Assembly (NCBI GenBank): GCA_041662125.1 | Contig: JBAZTA010000005.1 | Span: 52,978 to 116,977 of the forward strand | Reading direction: 5' to 3' | DNA length: 64,000 nt | Origin: Candidatus Omnitrophota bacterium | GTDB taxonomy: Bacteria > Omnitrophota > Gorgyraeia > Gygaellales > Profunditerraquicolaceae | Shown here: positions 19,701-28,144 of the stretch, one piece after another | Layout: each line of letters opens with the position of its first letter | Position numbering within the stretch: the stretch's first letter is position 1 | Notes under the pieces: model-generated | What the model was told of the DNA's origin: nothing | Seen by the model: only the letters and a program-made list of their open reading frames with translations | Database searches by the model: none | Made by a program: the position numbers and the translations under genes

Positions 19701-20245
19701 ATCCTTTCGATAGGATCATTTTGTATCAGCTTAATAGAGAAAGCGAAGTTCTATTATGGGATCTGAGGCTTCCCCCTGTAGATAAAAATATATATTCATC
19801 TCAACACAGAAACTTTACGTTCTCAGAATATTATTTTATTTCAGAAGATGCCCTTTATATGCCCTATTCAATAATGAGGCAGTTTTATATTCGGAAAGTA
19901 GATTTAAAGGCCGGGAAAGATAAGGGCAGCACAATTATCCCCGGAATAAAGGGCCAGCTTTATAATTTTTATGGAGGATATGCCGATAAAAATAGAATTG
20001 GATTAATAATATCGAATAATTGTAATCCTTATGATCCAGATGACTTTAAATTGTGCTTTACGAGTGCTTCGATCATTTATACACACTATTTAGAAATGTC
20101 TAAAGACGGGAATATAGGTAAATTAGAGCATTTTCCTGAATCAAATGTGGATGGATTTGAAAAAGTCACCGGCTGTAAAACCAATAATTGCTTTATCTAT
20201 ACGGTGCTGGGGAATATCCTTACCGTGGACCGATTGTCAAACTGA
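16703..20245 (+). CDS. Large secreted protein with PQQ-like beta-propeller repeats
   Basis: Signal peptide (MRFNSVFLIVLIFTIPCCSFAS). Recurring G-x-[LIV]-x-W motifs (GQLRWSLG, GVVLWKCSLG, GIILWSNYIG, GIVEWIRKYD, GQVIWSISD) typical of PQQ/BamB-like propellers. 1180 aa. Confidence 0.55.
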   Translation: MRFNSVFLIVLIFTIPCCSFASLEDAEQIEAMEININNKDNLASLKGLLDNDSDIINYFKVREKLFSIPFDTLSALSGQYKSEDSFSRLLRHVLSQREKSGLFVLDEDILINNTPLLNGSPFYPDSKKPWLISSLSPEADHLYLTNLKLKYTPLDLKCISGSWWAKDDILKSPLAELVKYNNCNYESLLPVEDTAGPSECSWKYSLKKDKISPFLVNLAEVRNWVKIYEGSRVKPHVFRDSVFIRNSSRLFCLDMKTGQLRWSLGNFDGKEYELYQVFDPPYLNYLANDFILEEGIVYADFRGNFTAIDVKNASSGVVLWKCSLGEYRMCVKPVLCKGVIVAGLINSRGELWFCGFSKEKGIILWSNYIGTSAYAGSLCALSISSPGRVIIGTNHGILFSLDPDKGIVEWIRKYDRKTFDLLLYWQKGFYSQSFKEEGMLAFDTEFLEYSNGVIIYKPLESDYVYLLEAGSGKLLNKILIDPENYYVLSVKPGKMILLEKPDEKDKEYRIKVIDIKSGMVTYVQKLNSGKLLGVIYFQDDRIALKINSKIHILKISETSRGLEFYREYGGFAAEYWLLSLYGNNVFLSDMENLLSVSLTVNKEKEVLSLNKNAVNNSELICAGLKQAITHNAPAAAIKVLTENAHWLRENGFSSELLGILQDERNALGLPQWDAFVKFCAHNFGNMKITYRDISISFNNFLTAIGLFVERKPSNMPLENKGVSRLKDKYQVSGEQLFMLPVKNIKGKVPDFYLLLNNDQLICVSEAGKIIWARSVFYCPRSRIIDKADKRTGRMYIDSIEAYKYENVVIVNDHVNILALDISSGQVIWSISDQADIFSHEGQYYSSEFKSLYTPYYAHKEFVEKTMLLLCVYGDDIAIVRGKSISIVDPKTGFCRQSSDIPVSGAIQALSDNKFLFLLSYHLDKLIVLDKQLHVVKIHDLGFMQKAFPKKMVFIQDFVALHVIDKIHLIDPREGLKYTIDTQGNAFESIENYNGRLLVIYPFDRIILYQLNRESEVLLWDLRLPPVDKNIYSSQHRNFTFSEYYFISEDALYMPYSIMRQFYIRKVDLKAGKDKGSTIIPGIKGQLYNFYGGYADKNRIGLIISNNCNPYDPDDFKLCFTSASIIYTHYLEMSKDGNIGKLEHFPESNVDGFEKVTGCKTNNCFIYTVLGNILTVDRLSN

Positions 20246-20246
20246 T

Positions 20247-21269
20247 ATGAAAAGTGCCTCTATGAAATTAAAAATAATATTTTTTATGGTTTTGGTAAAA
20301 TTCTTTTATGGTTCAATGAATTTTTCAGCGAACGCTCAAGATATCCCAAATATTATCGTTATAACCATTAGCGGAGTTCGTAATCGCGATACTATTGACA
20401 GCCCTCAACACGAATATATCCCGAAATTATGGAATGAATTATTGCCTGAAGGTACGCTTTATACAAACTTGGTCAATACTAATTATGGTTTCCATATGCC
20501 TATTGTCAATGCTGTCAATACCGGGTATTCGTATCATTATTTCGATTGGGATTCTGCCCTCAAGGCGCCCACAATTGCCCAGTATGTGCGTAAAAAATAC
20601 AATCTCGCCGAGAATAAAGCTTGGGTTGTCGGTGTTTTTTCTATGGCTAATTGCGGATTAATAACTCATGAGCTTGGGGAAGATACTTTCCCCGCAAGTT
20701 TAATTACTGTTCCCGGAGAGTTTTCCGGTTGTCTTGAGCCGATATTGTCTTCTCAGGACCTGTTTTTCTTTAGGGAGTACCGCGCGTTACGTCAAAGAAA
20801 AATAACCGGCACTTTCCCTCAATGGGATATTGCCAGTATACAGTTTAAAATTTTGATGAAAATATTGTATGAATTTAAGCCTAAATTTGTTCATTATGTT
20901 ATGAGTAATCCGGAAATCGCGCATGCCGATTCTTACGGCAGGTATTTATTGTCGATTGAGAAGGCCGATCAGCAGATATATGAAATATGGAATACTCTAA
21001 CGAGCGACAAGTTTTATAAAGGGAATACGTATTTATTTGTCTGTGTTGATAGCACCAGGGAAAAGTATTATAAGCATCATAATGCTGATTTTCTCGGGGG
21101 CGAACCTGTTTGGCTGTATGTTTTCGGCCCTGACGTGAAAAAAGGAGAGCGTATAGGCAGAAAAATCTATCATGCTGATATGTTCGCGACGTTCGCGCGT
21201 ATTTTTAAACTGAATGTTGCTTCTGAAGGCAGGGTACTTTACGACAGCTTTATTCCTCATGATCGTTAA
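20247..21269 (+). CDS. Secreted hypothetical protein
   Basis: Signal-peptide-like N-terminus MKSASMKLKIIFFMVLVKFFYGSMNFSANAQ. ATG at 20247 chosen rather than the overlapping 20145 start. No sulfatase C/S-x-P-x-R motif. Confidence 0.45.
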   Translation: MKSASMKLKIIFFMVLVKFFYGSMNFSANAQDIPNIIVITISGVRNRDTIDSPQHEYIPKLWNELLPEGTLYTNLVNTNYGFHMPIVNAVNTGYSYHYFDWDSALKAPTIAQYVRKKYNLAENKAWVVGVFSMANCGLITHELGEDTFPASLITVPGEFSGCLEPILSSQDLFFFREYRALRQRKITGTFPQWDIASIQFKILMKILYEFKPKFVHYVMSNPEIAHADSYGRYLLSIEKADQQIYEIWNTLTSDKFYKGNTYLFVCVDSTREKYYKHHNADFLGGEPVWLYVFGPDVKKGERIGRKIYHADMFATFARIFKLNVASEGRVLYDSFIPHDR

Positions 21270-21282
21270 ATATAAAGGTTTT

Positions 21283-22380
21283 ATGCCGTTTATCAAAGAG
21301 CTCGTACGATTACTGCCTGAACGGTTCAAGCTATGCGTTAGGCCGTTTCATCTCTTTTTTTTATGCGGAATATCTATCCGCAGGCCTGCAAACTTTATAA
21401 AGTACATTTTCAATAAAAGAAAAAATATAATAAATTTTGTCCCTCCTGTATTTCATGCTGCCATAACAGCCCGTTGTAACCTGAATTGTCCAAGGTGCAT
21501 GTATCGGTTGAATAACCCGAAAGCGTTTAAAGATCCAGATGATATGAGTGAAGGTGTTTTTTCCGGAATCATGAATAGGTGGTCTTCTTATATAGATACT
21601 GTTGTTTTCAGCGGTGGAGAGCCTTTAATGCACCCGGATTTTGCTCGCTTAGTTGATATAGCTAAAAGTAAACGCCTTCAATTAAAAATAATAACAAACG
21701 GTATCCTTATTATGAGCAATATTGAAGCTTTAAAACAGTTTGACCTCATTAATATCAGTTTAGATTGCTACGATTATGATTCATTTTCGCGCTATAAGGC
21801 AGGCACTCAAGAACAATATCGGCACGTATTAGAAGGCGTGTCTCTGTTAAGGAGCAAGAATATCCCTTTTCGCGTTTCTTTTATACTTTCACAAGAGAAC
21901 GTTGATGAGGCTATGAAGTTTATCGATTTTGCGCGCACAATAGATGCTACAAATGTGATTTTCCATAATATGAACCCGCATGCCTCTGATAAATATAGCC
22001 CGTTGATTATCCAAAGTGAAAAAGTCAAAAGGTTCATCGCAGATATTACTTGTAGAGATGATTATTCGTTTAATATTCAGTTGCCGGTCATTTTTGATGA
22101 TAATTCAGAGAAAATGAAGCATTCAATTTGTAATCAGCCCTGGTATTATAGTTGTGTTGACGGCCGGGGTGATATAGCTTATTGCTGCCATCTTAAGCAC
22201 TCCCGGGATATCGGAAATATTAATTTAGGATATACGTTAAACTCTGAAAGTATTAAGAAATTCCGCGATGAAATGCGTAAACAGCGTTATCCAATGCGGG
22301 ATTGTTATTATTGTCAGCGGAGATTTTACGGCAAGGAGTACGGGGTTTTTTCAAAAGATTTGAGGCGTTGGTTAATATGA
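21283..22380 (+). CDS. Radical SAM enzyme with SPASM-like C-terminal domain
   Basis: ITARCNLNCPRCMY (CX3CX2C), FSGGEPLMHPD. C-terminal CNQPWYYSCVDGRGDIAYCCH ... CYYCQRRF cysteine cluster. AAAGG RBS upstream of the ATG at 21283. Confidence 0.75.
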   Translation: MPFIKELVRLLPERFKLCVRPFHLFFLCGISIRRPANFIKYIFNKRKNIINFVPPVFHAAITARCNLNCPRCMYRLNNPKAFKDPDDMSEGVFSGIMNRWSSYIDTVVFSGGEPLMHPDFARLVDIAKSKRLQLKIITNGILIMSNIEALKQFDLINISLDCYDYDSFSRYKAGTQEQYRHVLEGVSLLRSKNIPFRVSFILSQENVDEAMKFIDFARTIDATNVIFHNMNPHASDKYSPLIIQSEKVKRFIADITCRDDYSFNIQLPVIFDDNSEKMKHSICNQPWYYSCVDGRGDIAYCCHLKHSRDIGNINLGYTLNSESIKKFRDEMRKQRYPMRDCYYCQRRFYGKEYGVFSKDLRRWLI

Positions 22381-23771
22381 AAATAGAACCGAAGCGATGT
22401 TCAGGAGGCAATAAGCTGAAAGTACTTTTCGCTGTGCATTATAGCGCCGAATATCATGAATATATTGATATATCTATTGTTTCAGCTTTATTAAAAGCTA
22501 ATGGCTATAAAGTTAAAGCAGTTCAAGCGACCTATGCCGCATTAAAAGCGGAATTAGCTGAGCCGAGCATAGTAATTTGCAGCGTTTGGTCATCAGCTGC
22601 TATAGATTATTATGCAGCTCTTTTGCGCGGTTTAAAGAAAGATTATTTGTTTTTTTCAGCTTTGTGCGGTTCTTATCCTACAATGGCTCCGGAACTTATA
22701 GAAAATGAAGGCATTGACGGGGTTTGTATAGGAGAGCCGGTATTTGCTCTTGTTGAGTTAATAGAAAAGTTAAGCCTGAATGGATCCATTACAGGTGTTT
22801 TGAATTGGTGGGTTAAGTCCGATGGAAATATTTATAAGAATCCGCAGAGAGAATTAATTGAGGATTTAGATATCCTGCCTTTCGCGGATATTGGCTTGCT
22901 GAAGGATACTCCATTGTTTAATCCAATGATTAAGCATATTATTGCCTCGCGGGGCTGCCCGTTTGGCTGTTCATATTGCCGTAATTCCAGTTACAAATAC
23001 AGCGACCACGCGAGAATACTCCGTAATAGGAGCGTTGAAAATGTCATCGAAGAGATCTTGCGCGCGAAAAAGGACCATTCCTTAAAATTTATTGTTTTTA
23101 ATGATGCGATATTCGGATTGAATATTGAATGGCTGCGCGGTTTTTCTGAAAGCTATGGGAAGAATGTGCATCTTCCGTTTTATTGTAATGTAAGGGCGGA
23201 TCTTATCACGGAAAAGAGTGTCAGCTATTTAAGCCATGCGGGGTGTAGGAGCGTTTCAGTGGGAATAGAAACTTCCGATGAATTGTCGCGTAACAAGGTG
23301 TTGGGGAAGAATATCTCGAACGCGCAAATAGAAAAAGCACTGATAGTATTAAAGCGGGCAGGTATACGGATAAGAGCTACAAATATTGTAGGTATTTCTT
23401 GCGCTCCTATAACTGCTGATATAGAAACAGTAAGGTTTAATAGGCGTTGTGGCGTGGATTTCGCTGAGGCGTTTCCTCTGGCATATTTACCAAATACCGG
23501 GTTATCTAAGAAAACACCTGCAATAGTTAAAAAGTATCCGGAAGAGTTAATGAATCTAAAGTATCTATTTGGGGTCGCTGTTGAATTTCCGTTTCTTATA
23601 AGCGTGATGCAATTTCTTATACGATTGCCCTTGCGAAGGGTATATTGGTGGATAGGAATGTTTTGGAGAGAATATTGTTATAGTATGCGTATTTATCATT
23701 TGGGAATTGGTTATTTTTTTCAAAGAATACGCAATTGCAGAAAGCATATTAAAATTTACAGCACTATGTGA
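22377..23771 (+). CDS. B12-binding (class B) radical SAM enzyme
   Basis: ASRGCPFGCSYCRNS (CX3CX2C), GIETSDELSRNKVLGK. N-terminal B12-binding-like domain. Start overlaps upstream stop (ATGA). Confidence 0.75.
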   Translation: MKIEPKRCSGGNKLKVLFAVHYSAEYHEYIDISIVSALLKANGYKVKAVQATYAALKAELAEPSIVICSVWSSAAIDYYAALLRGLKKDYLFFSALCGSYPTMAPELIENEGIDGVCIGEPVFALVELIEKLSLNGSITGVLNWWVKSDGNIYKNPQRELIEDLDILPFADIGLLKDTPLFNPMIKHIIASRGCPFGCSYCRNSSYKYSDHARILRNRSVENVIEEILRAKKDHSLKFIVFNDAIFGLNIEWLRGFSESYGKNVHLPFYCNVRADLITEKSVSYLSHAGCRSVSVGIETSDELSRNKVLGKNISNAQIEKALIVLKRAGIRIRATNIVGISCAPITADIETVRFNRRCGVDFAEAFPLAYLPNTGLSKKTPAIVKKYPEELMNLKYLFGVAVEFPFLISVMQFLIRLPLRRVYWWIGMFWREYCYSMRIYHLGIGYFFQRIRNCRKHIKIYSTM

Positions 23772-23816
23772 AAAAGATAAATTGCAAAATCTGTCTAAGT
23801 TAATTTGGGGAGCGGC

Positions 23817-25127
23817 ATGAAAAAGGGTTTTTTCTATACGAGGGCGTCGAACCTGAAGGATTCTTTGCCAAGTGAATTATTTTTTGGCAGGCAATATTTC
23901 TTTGTTAGGAAACTGTTGCGTATGCAGGAAAAAGAAATCAGGGGTGATTCGCTGGATTTATTAATTAGAAAAAGACTCGCCGGCTTATTGAAAAATACTC
24001 TTCTGTATGTGCCGTTTTATATTGACACCGTAAAGATAAAACCTGATCAGATAAATACCGGTAATGTTTTCGATATACTTAAAAGTTTCCCCTATCTCGA
24101 GAAGAAAACTATTATGGGAAATCAAAAAGATTTTATTAACAGGCGATATAATAAGAAAAACCTTTTTTATTTTACCAGCGCTGGTTCTACCGGTGAGGGT
24201 ATTGGAGTTTGGAGGACTAAGCAGGAAATAGAGGCTAAGCAGGCTTTTTTAGATCATGAATTGTCAAAATTTGGCAGCAAGATAAGCGGCTCTAAAATGG
24301 CTATTTGCAGCAGCAGTGCCAGAAAAAAAGCTTCTGAGCCTCCCTGCGAAAGGCGGGGGAGGCTTTTAATGGTATCTCCGTATCATTTCAATAAACAGTA
24401 TATTGAATCAGTATATGTCGAGCTTAAGAAATTTCAGCCGGATTATATATATATATATCCCAGTTGCATGGCTGAGCTAGCAGAATTTATTATCGAGATG
24501 GGCAAACCTGTTTTCGAATGCAAAGGAATTATTTTTATGGCTGAAGCGCTTATGCCTTGCCAATATCAATTTCTCCGGAAAGCTTTTAAATCCCCCATGC
24601 GTATATTCTATAGTTTGACCGAAGGAACCAATATCGCCTATAGCGGAGAAGGACAGGATATATTTAAATATACATTGAATCCCTTGTATTCCTTTTCTGA
24701 AAACCGTATCGATGATAAAGGGTTTTTTGAGATTGTCGGTACGTCGTATTGGAATTTAGCCATGCCGCTGATCCGTTATTGCACGCAGGATTATGGGCTC
24801 ATAGAAAAAGATGTCATTAATTGCCTTGATGGCAGAAAACAGGATCTTTTATATGCAAAGAATGGAGGAGTTATAACAGGAGTTTCCGTTAAAATAGATG
24901 AATTTACCTGGGATTATGTATATGATTATCAAATTATTCAGGAAATAAAAGGAGAAATAATTATTAAAGTCGTTCCAAGGCATAATTTTAATACCAGCGT
25001 AAAGAATCGAATTTTAGAGAAACAGAAAGAAAGGTGGGGTTATTTCTTTGATATTAAACTGGAGGTTGTAGATACTATTCCCCGGACAAATGCCGGCAAG
25101 AGGCGATTAATAGTCGGTTTAATTTGA
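23817..25127 (+). CDS. Adenylate-forming enzyme, CapK/PaaK family-like (second copy)
   Basis: FTSAGSTGEGIGVWRT (AMP-binding P-loop-like motif). GGGGAG RBS 5 nt upstream of the ATG at 23817. The ORF-track start at 23805 is TTG. Confidence 0.6.
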   Translation: MKKGFFYTRASNLKDSLPSELFFGRQYFFVRKLLRMQEKEIRGDSLDLLIRKRLAGLLKNTLLYVPFYIDTVKIKPDQINTGNVFDILKSFPYLEKKTIMGNQKDFINRRYNKKNLFYFTSAGSTGEGIGVWRTKQEIEAKQAFLDHELSKFGSKISGSKMAICSSSARKKASEPPCERRGRLLMVSPYHFNKQYIESVYVELKKFQPDYIYIYPSCMAELAEFIIEMGKPVFECKGIIFMAEALMPCQYQFLRKAFKSPMRIFYSLTEGTNIAYSGEGQDIFKYTLNPLYSFSENRIDDKGFFEIVGTSYWNLAMPLIRYCTQDYGLIEKDVINCLDGRKQDLLYAKNGGVITGVSVKIDEFTWDYVYDYQIIQEIKGEIIIKVVPRHNFNTSVKNRILEKQKERWGYFFDIKLEVVDTIPRTNAGKRRLIVGLI

Positions 25128-25146
25128 TATTTGTTATAAATGTGCA

Positions 25147-26609
25147 TCAATTGATCTCTGCCCAAACCGTATATTTTGAACCATGATTTCTTCCTGCTTT
25201 TGCTTCAACAGAATCAATAGGCATTAATGACCGGAATCCGCCCATAAATCTATAATTTTCCCCATCAGTAGAAAAGAAGTTTCTGTCAATATACGTATAT
25301 GTTTGCCCGCCGGTCTTGTTTTTTATTATTGGGGTTTTCATTTCAGGCTGTAAAACGTAGGGCCCTCTTTCACGCAGTCCTTTTTTTAATTCTATCCTGA
25401 ACTTTGCATTTTTTAATGAACCTCTGGTATGGCCGTAACATCCATAGCTGGCTTGCATTGGTTTAGCGTGTAAAGCTATCCCCCGGGGGTCTATCTTTGT
25501 GAGATCTATCCCTTGCGATATTAAAAATGCGATTAAATCCTTATTCGCCGCTTTTGTTGTTTTGAATTCATTTTTTTTATTTGGAGGGGTTATATGAGTT
25601 TCAACATCCTCGTAGGCATGTACATCGTAAGACATCCCTAATGCCGACATCCATGCTTTAGTATCATTGATGCGTTTTGAATTACCGGTTCCCCAGGCGG
25701 GATTATCAATATTAAGCGTCAGGCTATTTGCCTTTATTGTTTGCCTGATGGAGTCATTTTCCAAGAGCGGGATATTGATCTTTGTGCTCGGCTTTTTCAA
25801 TTTCGCTATAGGATCAGAGGCGCGCGCGTACAAAAGGTAATCGCATTGTCCGTTGTTTTTCTTTAAATAGCGTTCGAACTCGTGCGGGCCGAAAAACCTG
25901 TCAAATCCTGAAAACTTCATTACTTCTTTATCGGATACTGTCTCTTTTCCTTTTTTGCCAAATTCTGATTCCTTCATTTCCTGGTATTTTTGGTTAGTAA
26001 CCGCTAATAAAGCAATTTTTCTCCTGAATTTATGCCTTAAATTATCGAGAGAAGCTCGAAAATGTTTTTTAAAATACGAGTTTTTATTCCCGCATGAAAA
26101 AATGCATTCCCAAAGCTGGTACATAGCCAGGGAGTTTTCTATTTCAAATGTCCTTCCTCTTAAAGCTTCGCGTACTTCTGCTTCATTGAGATGAGCTGCT
26201 AATCGCAGGAATTCATCCGGCAATCCGACCATATCAATCTGGACCCAGGCATTAATGGGGGTTGCGTCCGGTTTCATGCAATATTGATAGTCTGTGTCAA
26301 ATTCTCTGTTTGCTTCTACTAAAGGGCGAAAAGCTTTGTTATATTCCGCATATAGATTACAGAGAGCCTGAGAGACCACGTGAGGGTATTGAGTTTTATA
26401 TTCAGGTAAGACATGAAATGATGCCGGTGAGAGTAAGCCTTCATTTGTTCGAATAAGCATCTGAATGTCTTCTTTTTCTATTGTGGAGCCCAGGAGGGCG
26501 GTTTGGGGAGTTTCTATGCATTTATCAAGAAACTTCCTTGCTGAAAATCCTGATAGGGGGAGTTTTTTGTTTGTGTTACCCCTGTTTTGCATAGAATATC
26601 GCGGTAATT
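25147..26609 (-). CDS. Hypothetical protein, no confident family
   Basis: Long minus-strand ORF convergent with the upstream '+' operon. Start placed at the MRKELPRY methionine; N-terminal extension in the ORF track reads as low-complexity. The C-terminal region (YGCYGHTRG ... GGFRSL) is faintly ATP-grasp-like but unassigned. Confidence 0.5.
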
Positions 26610-26792
26610 CTTTTCTCATGCGGGTTTGGTTAATATTAAGAAGCCCCAGCCGTATAATAATACGGAATAAATTACTGTTTATGCAGTTCAACGTTATTAT
26701 ACTGATATAGCCGTAAGAAATCAAGCGATTGCAATTTGCTTAAAAAGTAAATGAGGGAATTGAGGAATGGCTGGTGTGCTGCTTTCTGCAGT

Positions 26793-26879
26793 AAGACCGG
26801 GTCTTGAGTGTGGGATTGAAATGTGTATAAGACCCGGTCTTTTCGAGGTGAGGCACTGTAATCCAAGACCGGGTCTTGT
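26793..26879. repeat. Three copies of a ~15-nt palindromic repeat (TAAGACCGGGTCTTGA-like), copies 1/3 direct and copy 2 inverted
   Basis: gtAAGACCGGGTCTTGag (26793-26808), atAAGACCCGGTCTTtt (26828-26841), cCAAGACCGGGTCTTGtc (26865-26879). The same family recurs at 59875-59960. Confidence 0.6.
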
Positions 26880-26915
26880 CTGTCCGGGTGTGAGCTTCCT
26901 GCTCAAATAAATTAG

Positions 26916-26943
26916 TTGACAAATTTTAATATTAGTGTAAACT
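26916..26943 (+). promoter_or_regulatory. Candidate sigma70-type promoter upstream of cspA (TTGACA-16nt-TAAACT)
   Basis: TTGACA at 26916-26921, 16-nt spacer, TAAACT at 26938-26943. Would give a ~125-nt leader. Confidence 0.3.
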
Positions 26944-26979
26944 GAAAAAGACGTAGTAAATAAGGCAATAGGAATCTTG

Positions 26980-27018
26980 AACCGCAAGGTAGGATGATAT
27001 AGCCTTGCGGTTTTTTGT
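26980..27018 (+). promoter_or_regulatory. Terminator-like hairpin within the cspA leader (possible attenuator or RNA regulatory structure)
   Basis: AACCGCAAGG-13nt loop-CCTTGCGGTT followed by TTTTTTG. Perfect 10-bp stem. Confidence 0.45.
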
Positions 27019-27067
27019 TTGCTCTGGTATTTACTATGAATATTGATCGAGAAAGGAGGAACAAGTA

Positions 27068-27268
27068 ATGGCAAGAGGTAAAGTAAAGTGGTTCAGCAAC
27101 CAAAAGGGATATGGGTTTATTACTCCTGAGTCTGGTAAAGATGTATTCGTACATCATAGCGCAATTCAGGGTGAGGGCTATAAAACTTTAGAAGAAGGTC
27201 AAGAAGTAGAATTCGAGATCGAAAACGGTGCTAAGGGAGAACAAGCTACGAAAGTAGTCAAGTTATAA
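27068..27268 (+). CDS. cspA: Cold-shock protein, CspA family
   Basis: 66 aa. [31 protein letters not shown] (RNP1/RNP2 motifs of the cold-shock domain). GAAAGGAGG RBS upstream. Confidence 0.95.
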   Translation: MARGKVKWFSNQKGYGFITPESGKDVFVHHSAIQGEGYKTLEEGQEVEFEIENGAKGEQATKVVKL

Positions 27269-27287
27269 TCTCCGGTAAGAAAATAAG

Positions 27288-27320
27288 AGGCCCGGCAGTT
27301 ACTGTCGGGCCTTTCTTCTT
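27288..27320 (+). terminator. Rho-independent terminator downstream of cspA
   Basis: AGGCCCGGCAG-tta-CTGTCGGGCCT followed by TTCTTCTTT. Confidence 0.6.
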
Positions 27321-27379
27321 TACGTTGAAATTTTCGGAGTCTGGATTTTGCATCATAGTGTGACTTTAGGGGTGCCAGC

Positions 27380-27733
27380 ATGAAAAAAGACCTTATTATT
27401 GTCGGCGACAGAGTTTTAATAGCTCCTGATACGGGAGAAGACAGGACAGATACGGGATTGTACCTGCCTCAGGGAGTAAAAGAGAAGGAAAAGGTACAGA
27501 GCGGGCTCATTGTGAGGACAGGGCCCGGTTACCCTGTTCCCGACCCTGCTTCAATGGAGATTGAACCCTGGGAAACAACGAAGTTCGATAGTAAATATTT
27601 CCCTTTGCAGGCGAAAGAGGGCGATTACTGTATTTTCTTACGTAACGCCGGGATCGAGATAGAGTTTGAGGGCAAGAAGTATATTGTGGTGCCTCACGCA
27701 GCTATTTTAGTGATTTTAAGAAACAAACTCTAA
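27380..27733 (+). CDS. GroES/Cpn10-like protein (orphan, no adjacent groEL)
   Basis: IVGDRVLIAPD ... QSGLIVRTGPG ... EGDYCIFLRNAGIEIEFEGKKYIVV resembles the Cpn10 fold pattern. 117 aa with an insert relative to canonical ~95-aa GroES. Confidence 0.5.
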   Translation: MKKDLIIVGDRVLIAPDTGEDRTDTGLYLPQGVKEKEKVQSGLIVRTGPGYPVPDPASMEIEPWETTKFDSKYFPLQAKEGDYCIFLRNAGIEIEFEGKKYIVVPHAAILVILRNKL

Positions 27734-28085
27734 GCCCTTCCGATATAATTCACGAAAAAAACCTATGCAAAACAATAAAGCAGCGCAGGCGTTTCTTTTT
27801 TTTGGTAAAGTCGGCTGTTTCCTGCCTATCCTTATATTTTTTAATTTATTCTTTGGCTTGATCTTCTTTGATTTCAGGACTTGGTTTTTTGTCGAAGTGG
27901 TGTTGGTTGCTTTGTTTTTCTTTGTTTTGTTTGTTACGATGAAAACGGCAAATTCAGTTGTTTCAAGAGGAGCGTTCCGTTCGGTGAGAAAAAGCAGGGG
28001 GGTCATTGATGTGGAGGCAAAAGTGGTGGATGGCCCGCAAGAGGATACTGATAAACGCGAGAAATTGAATTGAGGCTGAAAAGGC

Positions 28086-28113
28086 TTGACAATTGAGAGC
28101 AATATATTACAAT
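28086..28113 (+). promoter_or_regulatory. Candidate sigma70-type promoter for hppA (TTGACA-16nt-TACAAT)
   Basis: TTGACAattgagagcaatatatTACAAT, ~30 nt upstream of the AAAAGGAG RBS of hppA. Confidence 0.35.
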
Positions 28114-28144
28114 AAGTCCTTTAACTTTTAAAAAGGAGTTAGAT

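Noticed and set aside
20145-20245. ORF-track starts that overlap upstream genes by 35-100 nt (20145, 21214, 22302, 23805, 30342, 47231, 55082)
   Set aside because: These use TTG/GTG or lack RBS. Internal ATG codons with SD-like sequences or signal-peptide-like N-termini (20247, 21283, 22377, 23817, 30390, 47240, 55115) give more plausible starts. Coordinates adjusted accordingly, with residual uncertainty.
20247-21269. Considered annotating the secreted protein as a sulfatase (it follows an anSME-like SPASM theme and the locus has cysDN)
   Set aside because: No C/S-x-P-x-R formylglycine motif is present in the translation. Left as a hypothetical secreted protein.
26793-26879. Possibility that the GACCGGGTC palindromic repeats are a CRISPR array
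   Set aside because: Only three copies per site, irregular spacing (~20-35 nt), alternating orientation, and no cas genes nearby. Pattern fits REP/terminator-like palindromes, not CRISPR.
27380-27733. Calling the 117-aa protein a bona fide groES co-chaperonin gene
   Set aside because: Kept only as GroES-like. It is longer than canonical Cpn10, no groEL follows, and the mobile-loop region is not clearly conserved. It could be another GroES-fold protein.
27716-28102. Overlapping ORFs 27765-28073 (+, 102 aa, F/L-rich) and 27716-28102 (-, 128 aa, K/N-rich) between the GroES-like gene and hppA
   Set aside because: Both are translations of a T-rich/A-rich low-complexity intergenic stretch and mirror each other. 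There is no RBS and no domain motif. More likely the hppA promoter/leader region than coding. A tiny membrane peptide cannot be excluded.
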